NCBI GenBank assembly: GCA_963739435.1
Contig: CAVUAN010000005.1
Coordinates: 41,609 to 105,608, forward strand
DNA from: an uncultured Acidobacteriota bacterium
GTDB lineage: Bacteria; Acidobacteriota; Thermoanaerobaculia; UBA5066; Gp7-AA6
Reading direction: 5' to 3'
Length of the DNA stretch: 64,000 nucleotides
Shown: in pieces, positions 43,009 to 56,862 of the stretch
Position numbering within the stretch: position 1 is the stretch's first letter
Layout of the letters: the number at the start of each line of letters is the position of its first letter
The notes under the pieces: generated by a model
Seen by the model: the letters and a program-made list of their open reading frames with translations, nothing else
The model's database searches: none
Told to the model about the DNA's origin: nothing
Position numbers and translations under genes: made by a program

Positions 43009-44367
43009 CTAGACGTCTAGACCGTGCTCGCGGAGCTTCGTCTCGAGGCGCCGCGGCGTCAGGCCCAAGGCCAGCGCCGCCGCCGAGCGGTCGCCCTTGG
43101 CCTTCTCGAGAGCCCGGGCGAGGGCGGCCCGCTCGGCGGCTGAAGCCGCGCGGTCCCGCACGGCCTCGAGCGACTCGTCGCGGGCGGCCGGGGCGGACGC
43201 CGGGGCCTCGGGCGCCAGACGCAGGTGGCGCAAGGCGATCACGTTGTCCTCGGCGAGAATGATCGCCCTTTCGAGACAGTTGCGCAGCTCCCGCACGTTG
43301 CCCGGCCATTCGTAGGCCAGCAGCCGCTCGCGCGTCTCGGCATCGACCGTCATCGTCTTCTTTCCCAGCTCCCGCGGCAGCTCGCGCAGGAAGAAGTCGA
43401 CGAGGGGATCGATGTCCTCCGGCCGCTCGCGCAGCGGCGGAATGCGGATCGGGAACACGCGCACGCGGTAGAACAGATCCTCCCGGAAGACTCCCTGTGC
43501 CACGAGGGCGTCGAGCGGCCGATTCGAAGCGGAGATGATCCGAACATCGACCTGGATGGGCGACGTGCCTCCCACGCGGTGAAAGGATTTCTCCTGCAGA
43601 ACGCGCAGCAGCTTCGCCTGCGTGGCCGCCGTCAGCTCGCCGATCTCGTCTAAGAACACGGTCCCGCCGTCGGCAAGCTCGAACTTGCCCAGGCGCCGGC
43701 CCGCGGAGCCGGTGAAAGACCCGCGCTCATGTCCAAAGAGCTCGCTCTCGAGCAGCGTGTCGGGAATCGCCGCGCAGTTGATCGCCACGAACGGCCGGTC
43801 CCGGCGAGACGACAGCGTGTGGATCGCCCGCGCGAAGAGCTCCTTGCCCGTCCCGCTCTCGCCCTCGAGCAGCACCGTCGCGTCCGTCGACGCGACGCGC
43901 TCCGTCTCGGCGCGGATCGTCTTCAAGGCGGCCGATTCGCCCACGATCGGAGGCATCTGCCGCGACTGCGCCTCGGCGAAGAGCAGCGACTGGCGCCGCC
44001 CGGCCCGCCGCTCGAGCGCCCGGGAGACCAGCAGGCGCAGAAGGTCCGGATCGACCGGCTTGGTGATGAAGTCCTCGGCTCCGCGTTTCATGGCGTCGAC
44101 GGCGGTCTCGATCGACCCGAAGGCCGTCATCACGAGCACGGGCAGCGTCGGGTCGAGCAGTCGCGCCGCGTCGAGGACCGCCAGGCCGTCCGCGCCGGGC
44201 AGACGCCAGTCGGTGAGAACGAGATCGACCGGCCCGCCGGCGCGCAGGCGCTCGACGGCCGCCGAGCCGCTGGCCAGCCCCACGACCCCGTGCCCCTCGG
44301 CGCGCAGCATCTCCTCGAGCATCTGGCGCAGGGAGGTCTTGTCCTCGACAACCAAGACTGTCGGCAT
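43009..44367 (-). CDS. Sigma54-dependent response regulator (NtrC/PilR-like)
   Basis: Receiver domain (VVED, TDWRLP, KP), GESGTGKE, ESELFGHERGSFTG, FLDEIGE, WPGNVREL, C-terminal HTH. Confidence 0.95.
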   Translation of the reverse strand: MPTVLVVEDKTSLRQMLEEMLRAEGHGVVGLASGSAAVERLRAGGPVDLVLTDWRLPGADGLAVLDAARLLDPTLPVLVMTAFGSIETAVDAMKRGAEDFITKPVDPDLLRLLVSRALERRAGRRQSLLFAEAQSRQMPPIVGESAALKTIRAETERVASTDATVLLEGESGTGKELFARAIHTLSSRRDRPFVAINCAAIPDTLLESELFGHERGSFTGSAGRRLGKFELADGGTVFLDEIGELTAATQAKLLRVLQEKSFHRVGGTSPIQVDVRIISASNRPLDALVAQGVFREDLFYRVRVFPIRIPPLRERPEDIDPLVDFFLRELPRELGKKTMTVDAETRERLLAYEWPGNVRELRNCLERAIILAEDNVIALRHLRLAPEAPASAPAARDESLEAVRDRAASAAERAALARALEKAKGDRSAAALALGLTPRRLETKLREHGLDV

Positions 44368-44410
44368 ACGCGGCTAGAGTAAGGGTAACGCGCTTGCCGG
44401 GAGGCGAGAC

Positions 44411-45346
44411 TTACTGATTGGGAGGCTTGGGCTGGCTCGCCGCGTCCGCTGCCCCCGGGAAGGACGGCTGTGAGGCCGCCGGGGCTGCGTACAGAGTTCC
44501 CAGGCCGTAGGGTGTCGGGGCGGGCGGCGGAGGCTGGTTGGACGTCCCTGAAGCCGCCGTGCCGGCTGAAGCCGGGCCCGCTGCAGCCGTCTTCGCCGCA
44601 GCCGCGGCCGCAGCGGTTTCCGCTGCCGAAGCCGGCGGGGGCGCCGCGACCCACTGCGGCGAGAAGCGGAAAGCGGCGACGATCTTGTCTCCGACGGGGA
44701 TGGCGGCCGTGAAGGCGACCGTCTCGGAAGGCTCGAGGCTCCCCTTGGACAGGGACGCCTCGGCGGTGCCGAGCATCTCGCCGTTCTCGTCCAAGGCCGT
44801 GACGGACATCCGGGCATTGTTGGCCGCGGTGCCGCCGAAATTGCGCAGCGAGCCGCGCATGAGCACGTTGACGCCCGACTTCGTCTGGTCGTAGCCTGCC
44901 ACGTCGAGCCGCGCGGCTCCCTTGCCCGTTTCGCCCTTCTTGTCCCCTGATGTCTGGCCGTAGGCCAGCGCCTGGACCGTCTCATGCGAGACGTCCGCAT
45001 CGGTCAGTTTCACTTTCGCCTTTGGACCTTCCTTGCCCTGGCGCAATGCCTCGGCTGGCGTCTGGGGCGGAGCCACGGCGGCGGGCTCCGGCGCGGGGAC
45101 GGCCTTCTTTGCGGCCGAGGTCGCCTTCAGGTCGATCTCCGAGACGGGGACGGAGAGAACCGTGCCGTCGGGGCGGGTCAGGATGGCATTGCTGCCCTGC
45201 TGCACCCACGGCCCCTTGAGGTCGATCCTCGAGCCGCCCTTCAGCACGACGACGTCGGAAGCCGTTGCCAGGGCCGTCGGCAGCAGCAGAGCGAGCAGGA
45301 AGCCAGCCAGCCCGAAACCGAGGCCGACAGCCCTCCGCGGCCTCAC
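44411..45346 (-). CDS. Secreted FxLYD-domain-like protein
   Basis: Signal peptide; RGSLRNFG.......[12 protein letters not shown].......LEPSETVAF; GTGA overlap with the pilY1 stop. Confidence 0.7.
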   Translation of the reverse strand: MRPRRAVGLGFGLAGFLLALLLPTALATASDVVVLKGGSRIDLKGPWVQQGSNAILTRPDGTVLSVPVSEIDLKATSAAKKAVPAPEPAAVAPPQTPAEALRQGKEGPKAKVKLTDADVSHETVQALAYGQTSGDKKGETGKGAARLDVAGYDQTKSGVNVLMRGSLRNFGGTAANNARMSVTALDENGEMLGTAEASLSKGSLEPSETVAFTAAIPVGDKIVAAFRFSPQWVAAPPPASAAETAAAAAAAKTAAAGPASAGTAASGTSNQPPPPAPTPYGLGTLYAAPAASQPSFPGAADAASQPKPPNQ

Positions 45347-48300
45347 TGCTGCTCCTTCCAGTTCACGTTGATCGTGTTGAGCGAACCGGCCGAGTTCTGT
45401 TGCTGCACGGCGCCTCCTGAGAATAGGACCATATCTATTGTATTCCCGGTTGGCGACGTGGACTGGGAGGCCGAAGACAGGCCCGTTCCCAGGTTCTGGC
45501 GGTAGTCGGCGTAGGTGCCCGTCTGGGCGCCCAGGTTGTAGCCGCCGTTGCCGTTCAGGAAGAAGAACCGGTAACGGTAGGAGCTGCCCTCCGTCGAGCA
45601 GGGGTTATTGGCATCCGGAGTGAACGTGATGAGGGTCAGGTATCCCTGCGTCGAGAACACCGACGAGGTGGTCTTCTCGTTCTGTGTCGCGAAATCCAGG
45701 TAGAACCCCGTGCACGGCGCGGTGACGCAGCCCGTGTCGGAGGAGCCGGGGCCCACGCCGGCCGGCGTTATCCCGCCCGCGGGAGTGATGTTGCGCAGGT
45801 TGTCCGGAACCGCCGTGAATGTCTGGTTGGAGTCCACGACGAAGTGGAACCGGTTGACGAACGGCACGGGCGCATTCGGGGGGCACGGAGCAACGGCGCA
45901 GCGGGTGTTGAGCTGTGCCAGCTCCGCCCGGTTGCCGGTGCCGAACGCGACGCCGAGGGTCGGCCGATTGCCGCCCGAAAGGAAGATCAGGCCCGGATCG
46001 ATGAAGATGGGCTGGTTCGGCTCGGGGTCCGTCGAGGGCGTCTTGAACAGCAGGAACGGCTGGTATCCAGTCAACAGACTGCCGACCAGGTCGCCGCGCT
46101 TCGGCAGCGTCGTCGCGTCCGGGGTGAGATCGATGCGCCACATCTGGCCGTTGATGTCGCCGAGGTACGCCAGGTCGAGGTACCCGTCGTCGTTGTAGTC
46201 CACGACGGCGGGAGAGGCCGGCATCGGCGCGAACTTGACGGTCAGGCCGCCGCCGTCCAGTCCGTTGACTGCCTTGAACAGGATCTTGCCCGTCTCGACA
46301 TCCACGATGTAGAAGGACCGGCCGCGCGTGGCCTTCTTGAACGGCGCGACGAGCTGGTCGGCGTCGAGCACGGTGTCTCCCGGCGAGAACGAAGAGTCTT
46401 CGCCGCCGCCGAAGAGCGCCACGTACCGGTCCTCCGTTCCCGCACCGTTCAAGATCTTGATCCGGCCGACGACAGGCCGCGACCAGGTCTCGCCGATTTT
46501 CGCGTAGGTCGGCAGGGCGCAGGTCGTCGGCTGGACCGAGCAGTCGTCGGTCAGCTCCCAGAGGACTTGCGGGTAGACGCTCGGGCAGCCCGCTCCCGTG
46601 CCGTCGAGGCAGGCCGGCGAGTTGTCCTTGGCAACCGAGATCTTGCCGAAAGTGGGGCTGACCGGGTTCGTGTCGATCGCGTCGGGGTACGTCATGTCGA
46701 GCGCGTAGACGAACTGCCCGCCCTGGCGCAGCCCGCCGACGACGACGGTCTTCCAGTCGCGGTTGACGGCGACGGGCGCGACGACGAAGTTCGTGTCGAT
46801 GAAGACGTCCGCCGTCCCGAAGGAGCCGTCCATGAAGTACTGGGGCGCCGGCGGGTACCGGAGCAGGCTCGGGAACTTGCCGGGCATGAGGTTCCGGAGC
46901 GCGTAGCCGAACATTTCGCGCCCCGTGCCGAGGTCGAAATTGTTCGGGTAGTTCACGGCGTCACGGCCCCAGACGCCGCCGTCGAAGGCGTGCACGAAAG
47001 TATCGTTGGCGCCGACCACGATGACGCGGCGGCGGAACTGGTGGAGATTGGCGAAGTCGGTGTAGTGCTTCCCGTTCGGGGCCAGGTTCGCCGACAGGTA
47101 CTGGAAGTAGCGCGGCGGCTCGACCACGATCGGCTCCGAGTGGAAGATGTCTCCCAGCTTGTGGGCATAGCCCTTCGGGGCCGCCTCGCCGTCCGTCCGG
47201 AACTGCGGGGGATCGCCGGGCGCCGGCGCATCGTCCTGGTAGAAGTACGAGTACCGCTGCTGCTGGCCGCCGTTGGGGCCGATCGGCACCGGGTAGCTGC
47301 CGAGCGTGTTCAGGATTTCGTCCCGCGTTCCGAAGGCGGACACGCCGCCCCGCAGGAAGTTGACGATGTTGACGGTCAGGGCCCTGTCGGGGATGGAGAC
47401 CGCGCTCAACCCCATCGAGGTCACGAGGCTGTTGAAGCACGCGCCCGTGCAGGGTGCCGTATTGGGCATCAGCTCATGCCGCGCCAGAGGCACCGTCGTG
47501 CCGCCGGCCCCCGTGGCCCAAACGAGCTTGCGGCCCGGCCAGACGTCGATCTCGGGCGCCTTGGCCGCCGGGTTGGCCGCCCCCGGAGCCTGGTTGTCCC
47601 CGAGGCTCGGCACCGGGTTCGTGTAGCCGAGCACCCGGGCTGCGTTCCAGACCGGCTTGCGCACGATGGGCGACGGATCGTTCGGGACGGTCTCATCCGG
47701 GAACGCCAGCGCGGAAGCCGCCGGCGTCGGGGTCGGAGTGGGCGGAGGCCCCGGCGTCGAGGTCGGGCCTCCCAACGGAGTCGGCGTCGGCGTCGGCAGA
47801 GCATTGGCGGTGACGACCGGGATGTTGCCGTTCGAGTCGAGCTTGAAGCTCTTGAGGTAACCGCTCCAGATTGCCCACTGCGAGAGGGAGCCGTCCTCGT
47901 TGACGTGGCTCGGGATGACCGCCCCGACCTGCGCCGTGTCGGAGAAGCCGGCCGCAAACGCCGGCACGCTCGGCGCGGAGAAGAAATTGGGGCTGCTCTT
48001 GAAGTTGAGGATGTTCTCGAGAGCGGCCTTCAGCGTTGCCCGGTCGGTAGCGGCAAAGACCGCGCCGCCGGAGTTGGCGGCGATGCACTGGAAGGTCGGA
48101 TCGGTCGGATCGAGACCGAGGGCCACGATGTAGACCGGCACGCCCGACAGGCGGACGCTCGAATCGAGAGCGTGGGCCGCTGCGCGCGCTCCCACCGGGT
48201 TTTCCGGCAGCGGGATCGTGCCGAGGTCTCCCGAGGGGCCCTTCGTCGTGGGGCCGCCCACGCAGGCGTTCGACTGGCATTCGTCCAGGCCGTCGGTCAG

Positions 48301-51123
48301 GTAGACGACGATGTGGTTGCGGCAGTTGATGGACGGATCGTCGAGCTCCTGGAAGACCGTGTTCTTGAAGTAGTTGTACGCGTCCTTGAGAACGCCGGCC
48401 ACCGGCGTGCCTGGCGACGTGACGACGACGTCGTTGGCGTCCTCGGCCAGCGAGTATTCATTCATGTGCGGCTGCGTCGAGTCGTAGTTCACGATCGAGG
48501 AGGAGAACCGGAGCAGCCGCTTGATCGCGGGCACGCTCGGGGCATCGCCCGGGATCCAGTCGCGCGGCAGCGGGATGACCGGCCAATCGCCGACACTCGG
48601 CGGCGGCAGCGATGGATAGGGGATGTAGCCCGCGGGCGCCTTGGTGGCGAAGTGCGCCATGCCGCCGCAGTCCGCCGTATAGACGTCGCAGAATCCCGGC
48701 AGGCCGGGGCAGGAGGGCTCGGCGAAGGCGTCGTTGGGGAACTGCTGGGCGAACTGGTCGGGCCGGCCGAGCACGAAGTTGAACGTATCCAGCTCGAAGA
48801 TCGCGGAGTACGCGCCCTGGTTGTGCCGATCGGTCAGCGGCGAGGGGTCGATGACGCCGTCGGCATCCATGTCAGCCGGCGGCTGCGAGCCCCACGGCGG
48901 ATTGCCGGTCAGCGTGTCGTCGGCGAAGTACGTGCCCAGCCCGCCTCCCAGGTCGAAGAGGTCTCCACGCGTAAAGTGGATTTGCAGGGTCTGCAGGTGC
49001 ACGCCTCCCGGGGTCGGGTCCGCCTGCGGGTCGTCAAACCCGCGGTAGGGCAGGTCGAACGGCTTGTAGATCGGATCGCCGAAGCCGTCGTCCAGGAACG
49101 TGCAGAGCTTGTTCGGGTCCCATCCGCACTGGCCGCAGAGCAGCGGCCCCCACACACCCATGGTGGTGAAGGTTCCCTGCATGTTCGCCAGGCCCGGGCA
49201 TGGGATGGCCGGAGGAGGCAGCGGCGGAGGCGGAGGCGCCATCGCGAGGATTCCGCGCACAGCCGGAGCCATCCAGGCTGCCACTGCCGGCAGGGCGCTG
49301 GCGGCCGGCAACTGGCCGTGAGAGAGCGTGGGCGGGGGCGGGCTCGGCGTGGACGTCGGGCGCGGCGTCCGGGTCGGCGTGTTCGTCTTCGAGGCAGTGA
49401 AGGTCGGCGTGAACGAGGGCGTCGAGGTCGGCGTGTTCGACGCCGTGAACGTGCTCGTGAAGGTCGACGTAAAGGTGTTGGTGGGAGTCGCGGTATTCGA
49501 CGGCGTGAACGTGCGCGTCGGCGTGTTCGACGATGTGAAGGTGTTCGTGGCGGTGAACGTGTTCGTCGCCGTGAAGCTCGCGGTGAAGGTCGAGGTCGGC
49601 GTCGGCGTCGACGAGGCGGTCGACGTATTCGTGAAGGTGTTCGTCGGGGTGAAGGTGAAAGTCCTCGTTGCCGAACCCGTCCGAGTCGGAGTCGGCGACA
49701 GCGATGGCGTCAACGTGTTCGTCCGCGTCGGTGTGATCGAGGGCGTCAGCGTGTTCGTGCGGGTGTTCGTGCGGGTGGACGTTGCAGTCTGGGTGAACGT
49801 GCGCGTAGCCGTGTGCGTGTTCGTGATCGACGGCGTGAACGAGGTCGTCGGTGTCGGCGTCGGAGGTAGCGGCGTCGGCGTGATCGAGGGCGTCGGCGTG
49901 ATCGACGGCGTCTGCGTGATCGTGAACGTCAGCGTGTTCGTCGGTGTGTTCGAGAATGTGAATGTCGCCGTCGGCGAGGCCGGTGTCGACGTGAAGGTAC
50001 GCGTCGGCCGCGGCGTGTCGGTGACCGTGAACGTCCGGCTGGCCGTGAAAGTCGGCGTGAAGGTGTTCGAGGCCGTGAACGTGTTCGAGGCCGTGAACGT
50101 GGCCGTCGGCGTGTTCGTCTTGGTCGGCGTGTTCGAGGCCGTGAACGTCGGCGTAAAGGTCGGCGTGTTCGAGGCCGTGAAGCTCGGGGTCGGAGAGCTC
50201 GTGAACGTCTGCGTCGGCGTGAACGTGTTCGACGCGGTAAACGTCGGCGTGAAGGTCGGCGTGTTCGAAGGCGTCGGCGTCTGTGTGGGAGGCGGCGCGT
50301 ACTCGTCGACCTGCACGATGATCGTGGGGTCGCCGTAGTTGCCGGAGACGACCTGGAGCTGCAGCTCGTAGCCCGGCTTGTTGGGGTTGCGGTAGACGAC
50401 GATGCCCTGGCCGGCCCCCGCCGCAAAGAGACCCTTGGGGCCGAACGCGCCCCGGAACTCGCCGGCAGGCGGCTCGGGAGAGACCGAAACACCTGCGGGC
50501 GCCGAATACGGCGGGCGAATGTCGGCAACCTCGCCCGTGTCTGTCCGGTTGTACGGGCGCGGCACCTTGTGGCCGAACTGCAGGAAGCGTCCCTGCTGGA
50601 CGTCGGGATATTCGGTCGGGTTCAACAGGGAGGAAACGTCGTCGTTGGCGAAGTACAACCATTCGAGGCCGCCGTTTTCGAGAAGCTGCCCCGTTGTTTT
50701 CGCTCCACCGACGGCCGAGCCACCGAAGCCCGTGTCGGCAGCGCCGAACGTCTGGTTCGGGTTGCGGTAGTAAGCAAAGCCCCAGTTGACGCCGCGGGCC
50801 GTCGTCATGACCTGCCGCAAGACGCTCTTGGACAGGCCGAGCTTGGAGCCCACGGCCGAGAACGTCCCCTGCGGGTAGAGGAAGTCGTCCATGTAGGCCG
50901 GCAGGTTGAAGCGGTCCGAGAAATCTGACGTCATCGAGTGCGACGAGTCGAGGATGAGCAGGACGTTCGTGTTCGCACCCGCGTTGGCGCGCAGGAGCTG
51001 CCGGTCATCGGGTGTGGCGGGCTGGGCAATGAGGAACACGAGCAGCATCGAAACCGCCACGCGGTGGCGTGTCGCGAACCCGATCAGGATGCCGGAGCGC
51101 CGGCTCGGTGTGCTCGTCGTCAT
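45343..51123 (-). CDS. pilY1: PilY1/PilC-like type IV pilus tip adhesin (~1926 aa) with vWA domain and Thr-rich insertion
   Basis: [10 protein letters not shown] (MIDAS), TPVAG.L, VYLTDG; [59 protein letters not shown]-terminus. Confidence 0.9.
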   Translation of the reverse strand: MTTSTPSRRSGILIGFATRHRVAVSMLLVFLIAQPATPDDRQLLRANAGANTNVLLILDSSHSMTSDFSDRFNLPAYMDDFLYPQGTFSAVGSKLGLSKSVLRQVMTTARGVNWGFAYYRNPNQTFGAADTGFGGSAVGGAKTTGQLLENGGLEWLYFANDDVSSLLNPTEYPDVQQGRFLQFGHKVPRPYNRTDTGEVADIRPPYSAPAGVSVSPEPPAGEFRGAFGPKGLFAAGAGQGIVVYRNPNKPGYELQLQVVSGNYGDPTIIVQVDEYAPPPTQTPTPSNTPTFTPTFTASNTFTPTQTFTSSPTPSFTASNTPTFTPTFTASNTPTKTNTPTATFTASNTFTASNTFTPTFTASRTFTVTDTPRPTRTFTSTPASPTATFTFSNTPTNTLTFTITQTPSITPTPSITPTPLPPTPTPTTSFTPSITNTHTATRTFTQTATSTRTNTRTNTLTPSITPTRTNTLTPSLSPTPTRTGSATRTFTFTPTNTFTNTSTASSTPTPTSTFTASFTATNTFTATNTFTSSNTPTRTFTPSNTATPTNTFTSTFTSTFTASNTPTSTPSFTPTFTASKTNTPTRTPRPTSTPSPPPPTLSHGQLPAASALPAVAAWMAPAVRGILAMAPPPPPLPPPAIPCPGLANMQGTFTTMGVWGPLLCGQCGWDPNKLCTFLDDGFGDPIYKPFDLPYRGFDDPQADPTPGGVHLQTLQIHFTRGDLFDLGGGLGTYFADDTLTGNPPWGSQPPADMDADGVIDPSPLTDRHNQGAYSAIFELDTFNFVLGRPDQFAQQFPNDAFAEPSCPGLPGFCDVYTADCGGMAHFATKAPAGYIPYPSLPPPSVGDWPVIPLPRDWIPGDAPSVPAIKRLLRFSSSIVNYDSTQPHMNEYSLAEDANDVVVTSPGTPVAGVLKDAYNYFKNTVFQELDDPSINCRNHIVVYLTDGLDECQSNACVGGPTTKGPSGDLGTIPLPENPVGARAAAHALDSSVRLSGVPVYIVALGLDPTDPTFQCIAANSGGAVFAATDRATLKAALENILNFKSSPNFFSAPSVPAFAAGFSDTAQVGAVIPSHVNEDGSLSQWAIWSGYLKSFKLDSNGNIPVVTANALPTPTPTPLGGPTSTPGPPPTPTPTPAASALAFPDETVPNDPSPIVRKPVWNAARVLGYTNPVPSLGDNQAPGAANPAAKAPEIDVWPGRKLVWATGAGGTTVPLARHELMPNTAPCTGACFNSLVTSMGLSAVSIPDRALTVNIVNFLRGGVSAFGTRDEILNTLGSYPVPIGPNGGQQQRYSYFYQDDAPAPGDPPQFRTDGEAAPKGYAHKLGDIFHSEPIVVEPPRYFQYLSANLAPNGKHYTDFANLHQFRRRVIVVGANDTFVHAFDGGVWGRDAVNYPNNFDLGTGREMFGYALRNLMPGKFPSLLRYPPAPQYFMDGSFGTADVFIDTNFVVAPVAVNRDWKTVVVGGLRQGGQFVYALDMTYPDAIDTNPVSPTFGKISVAKDNSPACLDGTGAGCPSVYPQVLWELTDDCSVQPTTCALPTYAKIGETWSRPVVGRIKILNGAGTEDRYVALFGGGEDSSFSPGDTVLDADQLVAPFKKATRGRSFYIVDVETGKILFKAVNGLDGGGLTVKFAPMPASPAVVDYNDDGYLDLAYLGDINGQMWRIDLTPDATTLPKRGDLVGSLLTGYQPFLLFKTPSTDPEPNQPIFIDPGLIFLSGGNRPTLGVAFGTGNRAELAQLNTRCAVAPCPPNAPVPFVNRFHFVVDSNQTFTAVPDNLRNITPAGGITPAGVGPGSSDTGCVTAPCTGFYLDFATQNEKTTSSVFSTQGYLTLITFTPDANNPCSTEGSSYRYRFFFLNGNGGYNLGAQTGTYADYRQNLGTGLSSASQSTSPTGNTIDMVLFSGGAVQQQNSAGSLNTINVNWKEQQ
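49330..50285 (-). repeat. Coding low-complexity (T/S-x)n repeat inside pilY1
   Basis: [23 protein letters not shown]... ~320 aa; many near-identical DNA units such as gtgttcgaggccgtgaac. Confidence 0.95.
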
Positions 51124-51127
51124 GGCG

Positions 51128-51685
51128 TTAGAACGGTATCTGGGCCGGCAGCGGACCGATTTCGACGTCCGCCACGAGCGCCTTCGAGTACGCCAGCACC
51201 GGGTCGGTCGTGCCGCCCGCCGAGCGCAGCTCGTAGCCGTACATGTACTGGGCCTTCTTGTCGCCTTCGTTGACTCTCCCGCCGCGGTAGAGCCGGCGGC
51301 CCAGGGCGCCCGGCTTCTGCACCGAGACCGTGATGTCGGTGTCCGTGCCGCCGGTGAAGAAGCCGCTCGAGCCATGAATGTGGCTCGGCAGGCCGAATGA
51401 CACGACCCCGAAGTCCCCTCCGATGGGCGGGGTGAACTCCTGGCGCGTCATGAAGGGCTGCGGGTTGAGCATCGCGACGCTGGCCCAGCGGACGCCCGCG
51501 TCGGCAGCGTAGAAGGCCCTGTTGACCGACCACTCGTTGGCCGCGATCTTCGACTCGGTCGATGTGATCAGCATCAGGGCAATGCCGATGACGGTCAGGA
51601 TCGCGAGGACGAGGATCGCGATGACGAGCGCCGCACCGCGCTCACCGCGCCGGAGGGAGGGCCGAAGAACGGTTCGCTCGCTCAT
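51128..51685 (-). CDS. pilX: PilX-like minor pilin
   Basis: ERG|[10 protein letters not shown] (no Glu5), AFYAADAG. Confidence 0.88.
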   Translation of the reverse strand: MSERTVLRPSLRRGERGAALVIAILVLAILTVIGIALMLITSTESKIAANEWSVNRAFYAADAGVRWASVAMLNPQPFMTRQEFTPPIGGDFGVVSFGLPSHIHGSSGFFTGGTDTDITVSVQKPGALGRRLYRGGRVNEGDKKAQYMYGYELRSAGGTTDPVLAYSKALVADVEIGPLPAQIPF

Positions 51686-53091
51686 TGTTCCGTCTCGTAG
51701 TTGCGCAAGTTGATTCGCAGCGTCTGGACGCGGCGCCGATACTTCGTCGACACGGGCACGAGAGCGGGCGCGTTCATAATCCGCATTCCGAAGCCCGTCG
51801 GCCCGTTGTAGGTCGGGTCCGGGTCCTTCGAGCGCGCGAGAAGCGAGATCATCACGCCGTGCAGCCGCGGGCAGTGCGCCGCGGCCGGGCTGCCGGGATG
51901 CAGAAAGGTGCCCGGCGCCGGGTCGGCCTGGAAGTCGATCGTCGTCCACGGCGCCTCGCCGGGAACGTTCGGCTGCCATTCGTCGCCGGCCACCTGGGAC
52001 GACGTGTTGAGATCGGAGTCCATGACGGTTGCCGCGGCCTGGCGGGTCACGCTGCCATCCCCCTTCTGCTGGGTGGGGGTCGCCGCCGGGAGGTTGTCCA
52101 CTCCGTAGGCGATCTGCATGTCCTCGACGTCGTCGGCGATCGTCTGGATCTCGAAGAGATTGCCGCGGCGGACGCCCTGGGCGAGCGCCGGGTGGTTCGT
52201 GTCGGTGTCGTCGATGAAGAAAACGATGTCGTCGAGGACGCCGCCCCGCCGCAGGTTGGAAAGCACCGTCGGGAGCGTGCCCGCGTTGGCCGGGTTCTCG
52301 TTGTTGAACTCGGTGGCCTGCGCGTTGGCGAAGTCCACGGAGCCAAACGTGCTCAAGGCTACGAGCTGCGTGGGAGCCGTGATCCGCCCGACGTTGTAGC
52401 TCGGCTGGGCATACTGCTGCGGGCCGAAAGGCACCGAGCAGCCTCCGTGGATGTCGTCGTTGGCCGAGACGATGACGAACATCGGCTGCCCGGCGGTGAC
52501 ACCGGCGGTGTAGGCGTCGATTGCGGCGAACTGGGGGCGGTTGGCCGCGTCGTTGTTCACGTGTGTTCCGATCGGGGCCCGGCCCGTGACCGCCGCGACG
52601 TCGAGATTCGAGGTGCCCGTGCAGGTGCCGCAGCCCGTCGAGAGATCGAAGGAGAGCAGCGGCGAGAGCAGGACGCCCCGCACCTCGATCATGTCCGTGT
52701 TGGGGCGCACGGGATGGGGCGTGCCCCCGAGGTCGGAAACCGAGGCACCCGTCACGTTGTCGTAGCCGTTGGCCGAGGCCACGGCGATGCCCCCCAGATC
52801 CGGGTCCCGCCGGTTCAGGACCGCCTGCGTCAGGAACAGCCCGCCGGCGCCGGCCATGCGGATGGCCCGGGTCATCTGGTAGACCCCGTAGCGCACCGCA
52901 CCCTGGGCGTCGGCGACGTCCTGCTCGCTCTTGTTGATCCGGGCGCTCGCATCGAAGACGGCCAGGATCCCGAGCATCGCGATGGCGAGCAGCAGCACGA
53001 CGACCAGCACCTCGATGAGCGAGAAGCCGGCAGCGGCAGGGAAGCGCGGAAGGCGGCTTTGAAGGCGGCTTTGTGAATCATGGGATCTCAT
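51682..53091 (-). CDS. pilW: PilW-like minor pilin
   Basis: G|FSLIEVLV, IRMAG, IADDVEDMQIAYGVD, C-terminal INLRN. Confidence 0.9.
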   Translation of the reverse strand: MRSHDSQSRLQSRLPRFPAAAGFSLIEVLVVVLLLAIAMLGILAVFDASARINKSEQDVADAQGAVRYGVYQMTRAIRMAGAGGLFLTQAVLNRRDPDLGGIAVASANGYDNVTGASVSDLGGTPHPVRPNTDMIEVRGVLLSPLLSFDLSTGCGTCTGTSNLDVAAVTGRAPIGTHVNNDAANRPQFAAIDAYTAGVTAGQPMFVIVSANDDIHGGCSVPFGPQQYAQPSYNVGRITAPTQLVALSTFGSVDFANAQATEFNNENPANAGTLPTVLSNLRRGGVLDDIVFFIDDTDTNHPALAQGVRRGNLFEIQTIADDVEDMQIAYGVDNLPAATPTQQKGDGSVTRQAAATVMDSDLNTSSQVAGDEWQPNVPGEAPWTTIDFQADPAPGTFLHPGSPAAAHCPRLHGVMISLLARSKDPDPTYNGPTGFGMRIMNAPALVPVSTKYRRRVQTLRINLRNYETEQ

Positions 53092-53639
53092 GGAGCCGGA
53101 TCCACGATCGACAGGTTGGTCCCCGGGTTGGGGTTGGTGAGGACCCCGGACAGCCGCGCCACCCTCGATCCAATGCCGAGCGGCCCGGTGCCCGACTGCA
53201 CGGTCACGTCGATTCTCTTGTAGTGAAAGGGCTGGCCGGCCGCGACGATCCGGATCGGCGTGAAAAGCGCGTTGGTCGGGACGGTCGCGGAAGCCGGAAT
53301 CTGGTACTGCCGGACCTGGTACGTGAGCACGAACGGATTGACGACTCCACCCGCGACGGGAACGCCGGTGGCCGGGTCCGGCAGGATCGGAGGCAAGTCG
53401 TTGGCGTGGATGCCGGCCGCCAGCTGCGCGTCGCCAAACGGGAGATTCATGAGCTGCTCGAGCCGGTCGCGCGACAGGTTGTGGATGCTGGTGTACTCGT
53501 TGGCCGAGAAGTTCGATTTCACGCTGCCGATGAAGAGCGGCAGGATGCCGAGCAGGATGAAGCCGAGAAGCGCCAGCGCCAGCAGCATCTCGATGAGCGT
53601 GAGGCCGCTTTGGCTGCGCCGAGCCGTCATGGTCCTCAT
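53088..53639 (-). CDS. pilV: PilV-like minor pilin
   Basis: QSG|LTLIEMLLAL; RDRLEQL; ATGA overlaps at both ends. Confidence 0.82.
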   Translation of the reverse strand: MRTMTARRSQSGLTLIEMLLALALLGFILLGILPLFIGSVKSNFSANEYTSIHNLSRDRLEQLMNLPFGDAQLAAGIHANDLPPILPDPATGVPVAGGVVNPFVLTYQVRQYQIPASATVPTNALFTPIRIVAAGQPFHYKRIDVTVQSGTGPLGIGSRVARLSGVLTNPNPGTNLSIVDPAP

Positions 53640-54163
53640 TGCCACACCGTAGGTGTCACGATCTCGATGCGCCCGGTCGAATTGGCGCGGATCGTCACCT
53701 GGTTCATCAACGTGGACCCCACGGGCCCCTGCACCGTGATGATGCCGGGCGTCGGCGCCGGAGGGACGATGATCCGGCCGTCGCCCCCGAAGGTGACCTT
53801 GTTGTTGGCCGGCAGCGTCACGAACTCCACGGCGTTGGAGGGGATGTACGACCTGCCGATGGGTGTCGGCGTGGGCAGCGGCGAGTTGTCCGGGGCGATC
53901 GTGTCGAGCTCGTGCAGCGAATCGGCCGGCGTTGCGGCCGTGATCAGCAGGGTCGTGTTCTGGTTCGCCCTCACGGCGCGCATCCGGGCTGCCAGGAGGG
54001 ACTGCTGGATCTCGTGGGAGGCGGCGATGAGCCGCTGCCGCCTGCCGACTTTGGCAAGGAAGGGAATAGACAGCACGGCGATCACGCCGAGGATCGCAAT
54101 GACGATGAGGGTCTCCAGGATGCTAAACCCCCGAGCTGTCCGAAACAGGTACACACGGATCAT
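53636..54163 (-). CDS. fimT: FimT/GspH-like minor pilin
   Basis: RG|FSILETLIVIAILG; LLAARMRAVRAN; VTFGGDGR; STGRI. Confidence 0.88.
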   Translation of the reverse strand: MIRVYLFRTARGFSILETLIVIAILGVIAVLSIPFLAKVGRRQRLIAASHEIQQSLLAARMRAVRANQNTTLLITAATPADSLHELDTIAPDNSPLPTPTPIGRSYIPSNAVEFVTLPANNKVTFGGDGRIIVPPAPTPGIITVQGPVGSTLMNQVTIRANSTGRIEIVTPTVWQ

Positions 54164-54178
54164 TCTGTAAGGTTCAAA

Positions 54179-54194
54179 AGCGATTCCCGTGCCG
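54179..54194 (-). promoter_or_regulatory. Sigma54 (-24/-12) promoter of the minor pilin operon
   Basis: CGGCACGGGAATCGCT = GG-N10-GC, close to the TGGCACG-N4-TTGCW consensus. Confidence 0.75.
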
Positions 54195-54376
54195 TTCCGG
54201 CGCCGATCCGTCAGCTGCCTTTGTATCAATGAGATACGGCATGAGGTCAAAGAGAGGCCTCCTCCGGAGGTCACGAAATTCGTTACCCCTCGTAACGCCA
54301 TCGAAAGCCCCGGAGGGGCTGCCGACGGGGGTCCCGGGGACCCCGGAAAGAGGCGCGTTACACTGATTCTCAAAAC

Positions 54377-56858
<2,482 letters not shown>

Positions 56859-56862
<4 letters not shown>

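Noticed and set aside
45844-49869. Long antisense ORFs (1341 aa here; also 6640-9006, 21893-24433, 28437-30872, 61743-63794)
   Set aside because: Expected shadows of high-GC3 genes; no recognisable motifs
49328-50338. 336-aa Val/Gly-rich ORF on the plus strand
   Set aside because: Antisense shadow of the Thr-rich repeat in pilY1 (Thr/Asn/Pro codons read as Val/Gly on the other strand)
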